Source: Octopus sinensis
Taxonomy: Eukaryota
NCBI RefSeq assembly: GCF_006345805.1
Contig: NC_043019.1
Coordinates: 1,736,001-1,800,000 of the forward strand
Direction of reading: 5' to 3'
Length of the DNA: 64,000 nucleotides
The position numbers were made by a program, and so were the translations under genes. Position 1 is the first letter of the stretch. Each line of letters opens with the position of its first letter. Positions 11,915 through 24,208 of the stretch are shown one piece after another. Below the pieces are notes generated by a model. The model saw nothing but the letters and a program-made list of their open reading frames with translations, did no database searches and had not been told where the DNA came from.

Positions 11915-12095
11915 TCAGGAGAAGGTAGTGAGCTCAGAGAATCGTTAGCATGCTAGGTAAAATGCTTAGAGGCATTTCATTCGTCTTTACGTTGTGAGTT
12001 CGAATTCCGCCTAAGTCGACTTTCGTTTCATCCTTCCTGGGTCGAAAAAATTACCAGTTGAGTACAAAGGTCGATGTCACAGATTTACCCCCTCA
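11915..12095 (+). mobile_element. Diverged family A SINE
   Basis: GTGAGCT..GTTAGCATGC..GAAATGCTTAG..GTCGACTTTCGTTTCATCCTT. Confidence 0.6.
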
Positions 12096-13114
12096 ACTGT
12101 GCCAATCATCATCATCATTGTTCGACCGTGGTCGAGACAATGGAATTTACTATGTTACGCCAGACTTCACGGTCCATCATAGCATTACGGAGGTCCTGTT
12201 GCTGGATGCCTGTATCCCTGGAGATTACATCAGGGTAGGAGAGTGTGCGCCCTCTGGCATTGGTATGATATCTATTTGTAATTTTGACTGAATAGTCTAA
12301 ATTATTTTGAGCATTGCATTAAGGTCAACCGAGTCAAGATTTAGTTAATGCGCAACGGAATGAAATACAACAGCTTTTGGATACTGGATTATTTGAACTT
12401 GCCCTCCGCCTTATTGTTACACAGAAGAAGACCAGCAATCGGATTTGACGAAGTAATTTTTCTGGAGTTAACAAAAATTCGGAAACTAATCAAGAATTGC
12501 TTTTATGATGGCGACTTCATCGAAATCACTTCGTTTTGGAAAGCGAAGAAAATTTGCTTCTAGCACAGTTATCAGATTTAGTCCAATCAATAAATCATAT
12601 ACCAAGTGACATTTACTCTTCCCCACATATTTTTTCACTTTTAACAGGAAATTGTTGGGGAAACCCTGCGTAATATTCAACAAAGGGACAATATCCTCAC
12701 ATATAATTTTGTCGCAAAATTTGATCGATTGATTTTCCGCAAGAAAGGTTTTATTTATTTCTTCAAAGCAAAAATTTGTAGAAGTACTTTACTGTAAAAT
12801 AGCATAATATTTCATATGTATGGTTCTGTATGTGGGTACACGTGATCCCGATGTGTGGGTGTTTGCATACGCGAGCACGTATGTATATGTGCGAGTGTGT
12901 ATCCGCGCGCGTGCGCGTGAAGTGTCTACGTAGATTTCAGATAGCTTTGTTCTCAAAAGCAATAATGTATATTATACACAGACACACGCACATACAATCA
13001 TCCACATTCAGATAGATAGATAGGAAGAGAGATAGGTAGATAGATATATACATACATATATACATAGATAGATAGATATTTATGTTAACATAAATTTATA
13101 TATATATATATATA

Positions 13115-13398
13115 CTAGTAGTCAAGCCCGGTTTCACCGTGTCTGTTTGGATGATGTGGGTGTGTTCGTTTTCGGTTAGGCATAATCTATAACATCGTTT
13201 CTCAACCTTATCATTTCGGGTTCCCTGTTTCGATTGGAGCCTCCAGCTGTATGAAGATGTCTTTCCTCCCACCCACCCTCTGAAAACAGCTTGAGAATTT
13301 GTGAAGAAAGAATTTGTACGTAGTCTGTTTCTGAGAGCTATTGTATTGGATCTCTGTCTAATCATTAAAACATTTATTTAATTATGAACATAGAAAGA
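13115..13398 (-). mobile_element. Non-autonomous Helitron
   Basis: Minus strand starts A|TC and ends CTAG|T, with a small subterminal hairpin (CGGT-TTC-ACCG). Confidence 0.55.
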
Positions 13399-13699
13399 TA
13401 TCATACATTAATCCCTATATTTGTAAGCAGTTGCATCCGTAAAAAAATTATTTGCAGAGCGCAGAAATTGAAAGAAGATATGTGAAATGGACGTGTGTGT
13501 GTGCGTGCGTGCGTGCTTGCGTTTGTGTATGTGAGAGAGAAAGAGGGTGAAAAAGAGAGATAGAGTGAGTGAGTGAAGGTGTGTGTCATTAAGTTACGTT
13601 AGCTGGCACGGCGACTACGAAGCTTTTTGGGCGGCAGATGACTGGGGTGATTTGGAAGATGCGAAGAAATGCCATCTTTTCAGTGGAGCGCTTCATTGT

Positions 13700-14000
13700 A
13701 GTCAACGTCTCTCGTTTATCCTTCTGATGCACAAATGTATAGACTTTGTGGCCTGCCAATACGGGAGCATCCAACTTACATTTGCTTCGTTACTATGGCA
13801 GCAGTCCGGATACCAACTGTAGCCCCTACACGCAATTTTTTTCTCTCCTTGTTTCTTTTCTGTGTATCTTTCTGTCGAAGAGCGCAGGCTCGAAACGTAA
13901 AAGACTTGTTTTATTTCTATTACTGAGCGCCATACTAATACATTGTTTGTTTGTACTCCACCTGCCTTCGTCTTTTGTTTATTTTCGTAAACCTGCCCGT
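13700..14000 (+). mobile_element. Penelope-like element terminal repeat (pLTR) fragment
   Basis: Homologous to 16980-17200, which lies downstream of a GIY-YIG ORF on the same strand. Contains a hammerhead-like motif. Confidence 0.7.
13867..13904 (+). ncRNA. Minimal type-I hammerhead-like motif (CUGUNGA variant)
   Basis: UCUUU-CUGUCGA-A-GAGC-GCAG-GCUC-GAA-ACGU-A-AAAGA: stem I, stem II and palindromic helix III, with non-canonical U at position 6. Confidence 0.55.
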
Positions 14001-14039
14001 TTATATATCTACATAGACACTCACGCACACATATTGGAT

Positions 14040-15294
14040 GTAGCAAGTACATTGGGACAAATTTCAAATAGGTATATTGCTAATTGTATAGATCTTATTG
14101 GAGTCTAAATTTTAAATATTACCAACTTGAATTATCAATCTGGTAATTCTGATTGAACAAATTATGAAGAGTAATAAAGAATGAAACCGTAGAAGTGTAA
14201 TTTCCGAATTATTCAACGCACGCAAAAGTGCTGGGGAGATTGCTAGAGCCACAAATAATGCCAGATCTACTGCTTCCAGAGTTGTAACCATTTCGGAGAA
14301 AATTCTGGATGATCGGAAGAAGACTCACAGTCTTCGAAGAGACCGGTAATGCTTTTCTTGCTTTTCAGCAGGACTTAAAATATCGGTTGAGTAGAACCCA
14401 TCAAAGATCGATGACAAAGTTGTTTTAAGATGGAGAAATCAGTAAAAGTAAAATGACCGTTTCTAGGACTGTGAGACAAGACCTCCATATGAAACAGTAC
14501 GTGGGAAGAGGCGGGAACATACTAACTACGCACCCCAAAGCCATTCGAGCTGAAAGAAGGCACAAACTCCCTAGTCATTTGAAACATCGTGTCAGAGACG
14601 TCCGCATCTTTGTCGACGAAAAGTAATTCACGGTAGATGAAGTTACAAACGGTCAAAACTCACGAAGAATAACGTACGATCCTTCCCAATACATTCAGTT
14701 TTGCAGGGCAAGAATCCGGCTTCTATTATGGTCTTTGGGGGTGTTGCAAGTGATGGAAAATTGATACCTTCTCATTTTATTGAAGCGGGTCTTAAAATCA
14801 GCACAGCAGAATATCTGAACATCTTAGAAGTTTTGTTGCGTTTGATTAGGATATTATGATGCAAGTCATGTCGTTTTTGCACAGGACTCTGCGGCCGACT
14901 ATTCTTCGAAGAGAGTGCAAGAATTTTTGAAGAAAGAATTTCGCAAATTTGTCCCTAAAGATATTTGGCCCTCTAGCTTATCAGATTTGAAGCCGTGTGA
15001 TTTTTGGCTATGGACCGCTGTTGAACCAATATCCAACGCAACATCTCACAATTGTGTGTCTCTACAATGGTGAGACGATTCGGTAAAATGAAATACGAAG
15101 AAATGGTTAAGGCACGCACATCATTTCGTAAACGAACTGAACTGGGAAGAATAGCAAATGGCCATCACATTCAACTGATATAAGCGTTAAACACCCCACA
15201 ATAAAGTGGCATAATCTTAAAATTGACAGTGTTTCATTTTTCAGAGTTTACCAATTGTATTAAAAATATTTAAATGGTCCTAATTTACACTCTG
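14040..15294 (+). pseudogene. maT (DD37D) Tc1/mariner element, degenerate
   Basis: NRRSVISELFNARKSAGEIARA..DEK*FTVDEVTNGQNSR..MVFGGVASDGKL..AQDSAADYSSKRVQEFLKKEFRKFVPKDIWPSSLSDLKPCDFWLW, with 37 residues between the 2nd and 3rd D. 3' end ..CACTCTG|TA; the 5' TIR is degenerate and the start is approximate. Confidence 0.8.
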
Positions 15295-15339
15295 TATATA
15301 GGCATAAATGAATGCATATATATGCATATATATATGTGT

Positions 15340-15880
15340 GTCTGTATGCTACTGGTAACATGTAACCCAGTACAATCTATTGCATGGTCGGGTCGTCGAC
15401 GACTAAACCGGCAAACCCACCAAGCTTGCTTGATGAGGAGTGTGTTTATTGGTTACCCTGCGGGATGAAAAACAAAACCCGTCAAAGGGAGGAGGAACTC
15501 TTAAGAGTCAACGGCCATCCAATAAATGTCTTAAGGCTGTATCATGCGCGGGGACATAGAAATAATCGGACTGAATACCCGATCGCGCGGTTAAACCATT
15601 GGGAGTGAAGGACTCCCAGCATTTGTTAGGGCATCCTTCTAGGAGAAGGTAACTCAGGTAACTGGGATAACTCCGACATAAATCCTGCGGCTAAGTGGTT
15701 ACCGATGATGTTGACTTGTTCTTTTCGGATTATGGCTGCTGTTGCTTAGTGAGTGGGATTGACTCAGTGTACAGCCGTTCCTCACTTTAAAAAAAAATCT
15801 TCTTGCACAGGCATTGCACGATAACAACATTGATTAAGCTTCGTGCAATGGCCATACTCGATAACGAGGGGGCAGCCACC
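15340..15880 (+). mobile_element. RTE-clade LINE 5'UTR-like repeat
   Basis: GC-richer island with GGGCATCCTTCTAGGAGAAGGTAACTC, resembling RTE 5'UTRs from memory. No ORF. Confidence 0.35.
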
Positions 15881-16490
15881 ATGTATGTATTTATTTATGC
15901 ATGTATGTATATGCTATTCTCTATGACAATCGACTGATCTTTCGATACTTCAGTGTTTTATAGTAAAACAGAGAATTTGAAAAAAAACCTTGTTTACTAC
16001 AGCTAACAACTTCAGCTGTGAATCTGTTTGAAGATAATGAAGTGTCTACGTACATGAGCTTGCAACCGTGTGTGTATCTCTACAGACAGGAATGTATGCG
16101 TATGTGTTAGTGTTTACGTGTGCGTGCATGTGTGCGTGTATGTGTGTGTGTGCGTGCGTGGGTGTTCGTCTGCATTTGGAGATAGTCTAAAGAGAAATAA
16201 CATTAAAAAATATTTGTTTTTCACTTGAAAATGGATATCTAGAAAAAACAACAATCTGAACAATAGAGCGAAATCAAACGAACCAACTATGAGTAATCTT
16301 TCTGAAGACTACGCTATTAAAACTTTAACAAGTGTTTATACATCACACTACATTGTTGTGTTTCTATCGCAATGAAGTACATATTGCAGAACTTACATAC
16401 ACAGCTTCAGTGAATGAATTTCAAAAACTCCTTCGCTTAATTGAGTGTTCTACAAAAATATATCAGCAATACATAAATAAATACATATTG

Positions 16491-16527
<37 letters not shown>

Positions 16528-16798
16528 ATAAGGTATTGGAATCTTATATATATATATACCATTCTGCCTAAATAATTGATCTACAAATACAATATCCCTG
16601 CATATCTCACATCTATTCTCAGTCCTCCACCTCACTCTCTATTTCGTATGTTATCTAAATAAACTATTGCTTAACCATCTTCTCACAACGTCTCCTATGA
16701 AAGGATAAAATAAATATCCTAGAAACAGCTGTAAGCTCTTATATTTATAAATATTCTAAAATCTACACACCCTTGGTTTTTATCACATTACGGAAAAC

Positions 16799-16856
<58 letters not shown>

Positions 16857-16979
16857 CTATGTATGTATCCACATATATATATATGTATGTGTGTAGATAT
16901 ATAAGTAGATGGATAGATAGATAGAAATGTATATATACATATATACATACACAAAAGTATTTATGTATGTATATATGTA

Positions 16980-18355
16980 TATAGATACCGGGAAGCTTTA
17001 TGAAAATAGACAAAAGACGAAGGCAGGTGGAAAACAAACAAACAATTGTATTAGTATGGCGCTCAGGAAATATAAATAAAACAAATCTTTAACGTTTCGA
17101 GCCTACGCTCTTCAACAGAAAGATACACAGAGAGAAAAAAAAACACAGAAAGAAGGAGAGAAAAAAATGCGTGCAGTAACTAACGAATCAACATGGCGAT
17201 CTGATTTCGGCCAGAAGTCAAAGATCAAACATGAGACGCGAGAGCGAAATAAGGGGAGATAATAGGGTTGAATGACCACCTATTAGTGCGTAGGAGGGGT
17301 CTGGACGTGTGTATGTATTAGTATGTATTAGTATGTATAAGGGTGTGTGTGTGTGTGTGTGTGTATGAGAGAGTATTAGTGCGTAGGATAGGTCTGGACA
17401 GGCGTATGTATGGGGTTGGTGTATGTATTAGTACGTATTAGTATGTATAAGTGTGTGTGTGTATGAGAGAGTATGAGTGCGTCTGAGGGGTCTGGACGTG
17501 TGTATGTATAGGGTTGGTGTATGTATTAGTATGTATTAGTATGTATTAGTACGTATTAGTATGTATTAGTTGGTGTATGTATTAGTATGGCACATCATAT
17601 ATGATGTGATGTGTAAAGTCGTGTGGTGTAGTGAGGAGAAGAGGGGGAGGGGGAGAAGGGGGGGAAGAAATGGGGGAGAGGGGGAGGAGAGGGGGGAAAA
17701 GGAGAGGAGGGGAGGAGGGGGAGGAAGGAGGAAAGAGGGGGAGGTGAGGGGGAGAGAGAAGGGGAGTGAGGGAGCAGAGGAAAGGGGAAGAGGGGAGTGA
17801 GGGAGCAGAGGAAAGGGGAAGAGGGAAGGAGGGAGGGAGAAAGAGGGAAGAAGGGAAGGGGAGTAGGGGTGAAAGGATGAAGGACTGAAGAAGTAGGGGT
17901 CAGGGGGGAAGGATAGGTGAGGAGGGGGAGAGGGGGGTTAGATGAGGAGGGGGGAGAGTTGAGACCAAATGGCGTACAAGAGCGAAGAGAGAAGATTAAT
18001 TCCTGTTCACGGCGCAAACGGGAATCCGGATTGCCTCTGTGTAAGGACAAACCGAACACAGATAGGTGTTGCAAGGAGTGACCGGTGGAGCGGAAATGGC
18101 GTGAGACCGGTGTGTCGTTCGCAAGGTGGATGTCACGAAGGTGTTCCGCGAACCGGTCAGCCAAGCGGCGTCCCGTTTGTCCGATGTACAAGGAATTGCA
18201 GAGAGAGCAAGAGACGCAATAGATAATATTGCTGGAGGTGCAGGTGAAGGAGTGGATGATGGGATAGGGTCGATGGTGGGTGCTAGTGAGGCGGGTGGTG
18301 TTGGAGAGGTAAGGGCAAGTGCGGCAACGTGGGCGGGAGCAGTAGATAGATAGAT
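16980..18355 (-). mobile_element. 5'-truncated Penelope-like element (GIY-YIG end, pyrimidine-rich 3' region, pLTR)
   Basis: GIY-YIG ORF followed by a C/T-rich tract, a minisatellite and a terminal repeat with a hammerhead-like motif at 17085-17124. Ends in (TA)n. Confidence 0.8.
17950..18355 (-). pseudogene. Penelope-like GIY-YIG endonuclease domain (C-terminal fragment)
   Basis: YCSRPRCRTCPYLSNTTRLTSTHHRPYPIIHSFTCTSSNIIYCVSCSLCNSLYIGQTGRRLADRFAEHLRDIHLANDTPVSRHFRSTGHS..RLRREQELIFSLRSCTPFGLN. Confidence 0.9.
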
Positions 18356-18510
18356 ATTTAAATAGATATACATGTGTAGGTTTATATTGTTTTCATTGCC
18401 AGATTGCTCGGTCATCGATGTTACATATCGTTCCGGGATGCTGAAGGAGGATCTATGAGATGTTTCTTAAAGGAAGTCCCCATGTGTCCAATGTAATTCC
18501 TTGGAGAATA

Positions 18511-18928
18511 TACTCTTTTACTCTTTTACTCTTTTACTTGTTTCAATCATTTGACTGCGGCCATGCTGGAGCACCGCCTTTGGTCGAGCAAGTCGACCCC
18601 GGGACTTATTCTTTGTAAGCCCAGTACTTATTCTATCGGTCTCTTTTGCCGAACCGCTAAGTGACAGGAAGTAAACACACCAGTATCGGTTGTCAAGCAA
18701 TGCTAGGGACACTAACAGAGACACACAAACATATACACACACACTTATATATATATACATATATACGACAGGCTTCTTTCAGTTTCCGTCTACCAAATCC
18801 ACTCACAAGGCATTGGTCGGCCCGGGGCTATAGCAGAAGACACTTGCCCAAGATGCCACGCAGTGGGACTGAACCAGGAACCATGTGGTTGGTTAGCAAG
18901 CTACTTACCACTCAGCCACTTCTGCGCC
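18511..18928 (-). mobile_element. tRNA-derived SINE, family C, full length
   Basis: Head GGCGCAGAAGTGGCTGAGTGGTAAG..GGTTCAGTCCC, internal (TA)/(TG) tract, and (AAGAGTA)n tail. Confidence 0.9.
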
Positions 18929-18977
<49 letters not shown>

Positions 18978-19009
18978 GTAATTTGATATCGAACAGTGAC
19001 AATGAGTGC

Positions 19010-19501
19010 TCAATACCGCATGTGTGGGTAAGTATTGTATATTTTTGGGTTACAAACACTACCAGTGATTTTATGTAACGAAGAATCTTTTAACAAATTA
19101 TCAACTCTGCCAATGAGAAAATTGTTACTCGCCTGTATTTTGAATGAGCTGACTTTCAAAGTATTACCTGTCATTCCAACTAATGTGTTTTTCTTTCCTT
19201 TCAAATCCGTAATGCCGTTCTTGTGCACTAATTCTTTTTCCAAACAACTATTGCACAGAAGACAGCTGTCTGGAGACCGACAATTACATAATCTTTAGGG
19301 AATGTTCCTAACGTTATTCTTTTTGTGGTTGAAAATAATCGACGCTATACAGGAGAGGCAACTATACTTTATGTTGACTGTATTTCTATTGAAGATCTTG
19401 TATTTATGATAGTGAGGGAAGAGTTTATCTATGAGTTTCAGAAATCTTTTAGCTATATAGGTGGCTAAGTTAACATTATATGATGGCCTGTACCGTATCA
19501 T
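19010..19501 (-). pseudogene. Degenerate Penelope-like RT C-terminus plus GIY-YIG start (second clade)
   Basis: YNVNLATYIAKRFLKLIDKLFPHYHKYKIFNRNTVNIKYSC, then KELVHK..TLVGMTGNTLK. Confidence 0.7.
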
Positions 19502-19743
19502 CTTCCGCTGTCTACGTCCTTATATTCTATTTATATATGGTTTGATGGAAGTTATACTACTCTTACAATTGTAGCTCAAAGTGCTATACCATAATACAAA
19601 TGCCCAAATATCGGATGTGGACTAAACACGATCCTAGTAAAACTCGAAATGAATATAAATATATATATATATACATAACTTATAAACAAGGGCAAAAGAA
19701 AAAAATTCTAATGCCAAATATGCAGAAAATAGACAAATCGTCA

Positions 19744-19946
19744 ATAACCATATAATTTATCACTTTAAGCACACGTATCTAAGTAAGCCGACAGAAATTT
19801 CTAAAAAATTATTTATCGATGGCGAGGAGAAAATTCTTATGAATTAACTCTGAAATTGGGACCGATACTATAATAACGGAATTTTTTAGAAATTTCTGTC
19901 AGCTTACTTCGAGACGTGTGCTTATAGTGCTAAATTATATGGTTAT
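19744..19946. repeat. Inverted repeat, 67-bp arms
   Basis: 19744-19810 is the reverse complement of 19880-19946 with a few mismatches. Confidence 0.9.
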
Positions 19947-20043
19947 AAGTTTATAAGTTGTTAATAAATTTAACCTGTAGAGGCATTTTTTAATATGCTG
20001 GCCATTGATAGAATTTTAGAAAAATTGATAGAAAAATGTTATC

Positions 20044-20108
<65 letters not shown>

Positions 20109-20631
20109 ACACGCACACAAACACACACACTCAGACAAGAATACCAATATATATATATATATATATATATATACGTGCATATACAAATACATATATACAC
20201 ATATACATGTACAGGTGTCAAATATCTTACGGTCATTATTAAGAAAATAATTGTTGAATATATAGATCATGTCTTACATTTCTCTCCATAATTTGTCAAT
20301 AAATTGCATTAAACTTGTAGACCCCGGGGACGTTTTCCCGTTTTATCAATTTTCATTTTGATATTTCTATGAATAAATTTATAGCTATCTTTAACTATAT
20401 CTTGCATCATTATTTTACTGCAAATTATTTTGGTTACATTTCTATTTTCGTCCAGAAGCTGACGGTTTTGGCTATTTGGTTAAGACATACGCTTGAAATT
20501 GATTATTTCTGTGATTGGGCCTTATTATGTGTCGCATATTTTAAGTGATTTCTACAATAAATACATGACAAGTGAAACTGAAAACCAGAAACTCTGCAGC
20601 AGCTCATTAAGTATTCATATATTCATATATT

Positions 20632-20676
<45 letters not shown>

Positions 20677-20684
20677 GTATATAC

Positions 20685-20728
<44 letters not shown>

Positions 20729-20729
<1 letters not shown>

Positions 20730-21005
20730 GAGGCGCAATGGCCCATTGTTTAGGGTAGCGCACTCGCGGTCAGAGGATCGCGGTTTCGATTCCCAGACCA
20801 GACGATATGTGTGTTTATTGAGCGAAAACACCTAAAAGATCCACGAGACTCCGGCAGAGGATTGGTGGCCACAACTTTCTCTCACCCTCTCTTCTTGTTT
20901 CTTGAGTAATGCTGCGATGGACTGGCGTCCTGTCCAGCTGGGGTGAACACATACGCCACAGAAACCGGGGAACCGGGTCCATGAGCCTGGCTAGGCTTGA
21001 ACAGG
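20729..21005 (+). mobile_element. Family B SINE with alternative tail
   Basis: Family B head; tail GAAACCGGGGAACCGGG..ATGAGCC shared with the copies at 35358 and 56175. Confidence 0.85.
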
Positions 21006-21023
21006 GCGAAGTTTATCGTATCG

Positions 21024-21067
<44 letters not shown>

Positions 21068-21789
21068 TATTTGAGGGAATATTAATCTTAAATTACAGGG
21101 AACATTTTAATTTAGAAAAACTAAATCAAATTTCACACAATATAATATATATAAAAAATACCTTTTATCAATTCAAAATAGAAAAAAATACCTTTTATCA
21201 ATTCAAAATGAACAATTAAATTACACCATCTAGAAAATTACATATAATAGAAATATTAACATTAAAATAACAATAAAATACCAATTTATTAAAATTAGAA
21301 AATTTCTAATTTGAATATATATATATTTGCTTGTGTGTATATGTAACAGCAACTAATGGCTCAAATAAAATGATAAAACGTAAGTTGAAAAATGAAATAA
21401 AGATCCAGGAATTAGTTTAAAATGGCGGCTGCTTGCTTCATATAAAGAGATATAATCGATTCGATACCTATCTCCAGTAAATGACTATGCAGGCTGACAA
21501 AAGTACAGAGAAGAAGAACAACTGTTCCGGCAAGAGAACCATCGTGATCCTTTCTGGCATTTAAAATTGAAGAGACCCGAAACGAAAACAAAGATATGGA
21601 GTACAAGATCAAATAACTTCCAAATGATAATCACGATATTATATATAATAGCCATAATAATGGACTAATATCACCTGTGGAAGTTCCACGGCAGTTTTGA
21701 AAATTGTTTGCTGAAATTGCATCTTTCTGTAACATTTCATTCTCGTGATGATGTAAAAATCCGTATAGGCAATATTGCAGGTGCATTCA

Positions 21790-22230
21790 ACCAGTGTATG
21801 GGTGTGTATGTATGTGTATATATGTACGTATGTATGTATGTATGTATGTATGTATGTATGTATGTATGTATGTATCTAACTATCTATCTACAATATATAT
21901 ATATATATCTATGTATATATATATATATATATACATACATATATATATGTATATATATATATATATATATATACATACATATATATATATATCCATGCAC
22001 ACATATAAATACATATATATTGATATATGTGTGTGTGTGCGTGTGTGTGTTATATACACATACATATACATATATATATACATATATATGAATATATATA
22101 CAAAATATATATGCATATATATATATATGTGTATATATATACATATAAACATATATTTTTGTATATATGTGTACACGCATTTATATATATACATACATAT
22201 ATACATACATATATACATATATACATATAT

Positions 22231-22308
<78 letters not shown>

Positions 22309-22320
22309 ACATACGTGCGG
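21790..22320. repeat. Compound (TATG)n/(TA)n/(CA)n microsatellite block
   Basis: Direct reading. Confidence 0.95.
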
Positions 22321-22733
22321 GTGCGTGTTTCTGCAAGATTCCGAATCTGCGTCACTTTAGTTTGAATTCGCTGCTCAATTTCCCTGAGAGGTGTATGTTT
22401 TCATGAAACATAAACGTGTGAATACGATTCCTACTACATAATGCACTAGAAATTACTATATAACTTTATTTGATCATTACCAAGATATGTACAAGGCTAG
22501 ACATTTTTGAGGAGAATGTTTAATCCATTCAGCAGTCTAAAATATTTCGCTGATGCATTAACATATCGTTTTTAACCGATAAAACGTAAAGCCTACCGCA
22601 GATCTATTTGAACTCAAATATCTGGAACACACACGGCAATACATTCTATCCGACGATATAATGTTTCTACTTACCTGACTTGTAATTGCAAGTGTTGTTG
22701 TTGCATCATCCTTGTTCCATTATGAAAATTGGT

Positions 22734-23148
22734 GGATCTTTTCGGTTTGAAGGGCAGTTTTTTCTAGCGGTGTCATATGAAATTGTCACCCATAATTATG
22801 ACCCTAGTATCGATTTATTGCATTTCAATCTGTTTTAGGGTTAGGGTTAGGGGTGGGGTGAAGGGTATCTTTTGTTTTCAGAAATGTAAATAAACCCAAT
22901 CTGTTTCTTAAACTAGGGACATATTCATACGGCACAGAAAGTTTTTACCACAATAGTCGTCATTGATTGGTTGAAATTGCAGAAATTGAAGAAAGAAAAA
23001 ACAAATATCTTACAAACTATAGAATTTTCTTAATAAAGCCAAGAGAAAAATATGTTTTATAAACACATTCTACCAGTATACGAAGTTTAAATGTATTTAG
23101 TTACGTGGAAATTATTTTTAAAAACTGCCGTTCAAACCGAAAAGATCC
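22734..23148 (-). mobile_element. Merlin-like MITE, copy 2
   Basis: Same TIRs as copy 1, opposite orientation. Perfect 8-bp TSD AAATTGGT at 22726-22733 and 23149-23156. Confidence 0.85.
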
Positions 23149-24208
23149 AAATTGGTTGTTTCATATATTAAGTTGCTAATGTTTTAATAATTTGCTTTCT
23201 TTAAACATCTGCTTCCATTATTGAAACGAGAAGCAAACAAATTCAGTTTTAGTCGTAAATTATTTAGATAACACTACATTCGATTATCATTCAAGCTTTC
23301 AAAACCGTGTGTCTATTATATCTTAATTTGAAAGGCTATTTTACGAAACCGCAAGAACTTTGATTTAATATCAGTAAACATTTTCCCACAATCTATTATG
23401 AAATTCAAATGTGGGATATTACTTAAGGTCTTGAGGAAATGGTTGTGCGTAATACAGGTTTATGTAATAAACGAAAAGTTTATCAGTGCTTGCATGCATA
23501 ATAAACTAAACCTGGTAATGTACGATAGTATTTTCTCTCTCTTAGTTGTCAATCTACGGAGTTTAATATTTTAGCTTTTCTTTTCTGATTAATATTATCT
23601 TTTAAATAACGAGCTTTAATGCTTCATTATAAGCAGCAGCTATGTTGATGGAAAATAAATTAAATATTGGATAAACTGATAGAAATATTTTAAACCGAAT
23701 TATGCATAATAGCAAGCGAAAGATTAAAATCTATATTTATGTAAAGTAAATTCTCGTTTGGCTTCCTAGATGCATAATACATTCAGTGTCAATGTAACAA
23801 TTTCTAAAGATTATTTTGGATTCATTGAACAACCTTTCAAATTCACATAGAATAGCCTCAATTTTATAAATCTTGAAAGACAATGCTGTGCAATGTTATC
23901 TAAATATAATTCGGATTTGAATTACACAAATAAGAGAAACTGCAAAATCAGCTGCAATATATTTATAATACACCCAAACATACGAACTCGATAACAAATT
24001 TTATATGAACCATTTAGGGTTCATATTTTGTAACATATTCTTTCCCGTCATGTTCTTATTCGTTTGTGAATTAATCTAAATTTGTGTTTAGATATTTCAA
24101 AACCCTTAATGAATGAAAAATGTATAACCTTGTATTTTACTGTTAAACGCTACAAGGAATTGAATAAGCTTAATATCCTTTTGTATTACCATATAACTAT
24201 AGAATTTG

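Noticed and set aside
20325-20355. Minus-strand UUGAUAA..GAAAACGUC motif
   Set aside because: No stem II or stem I pairing, and an extra A.
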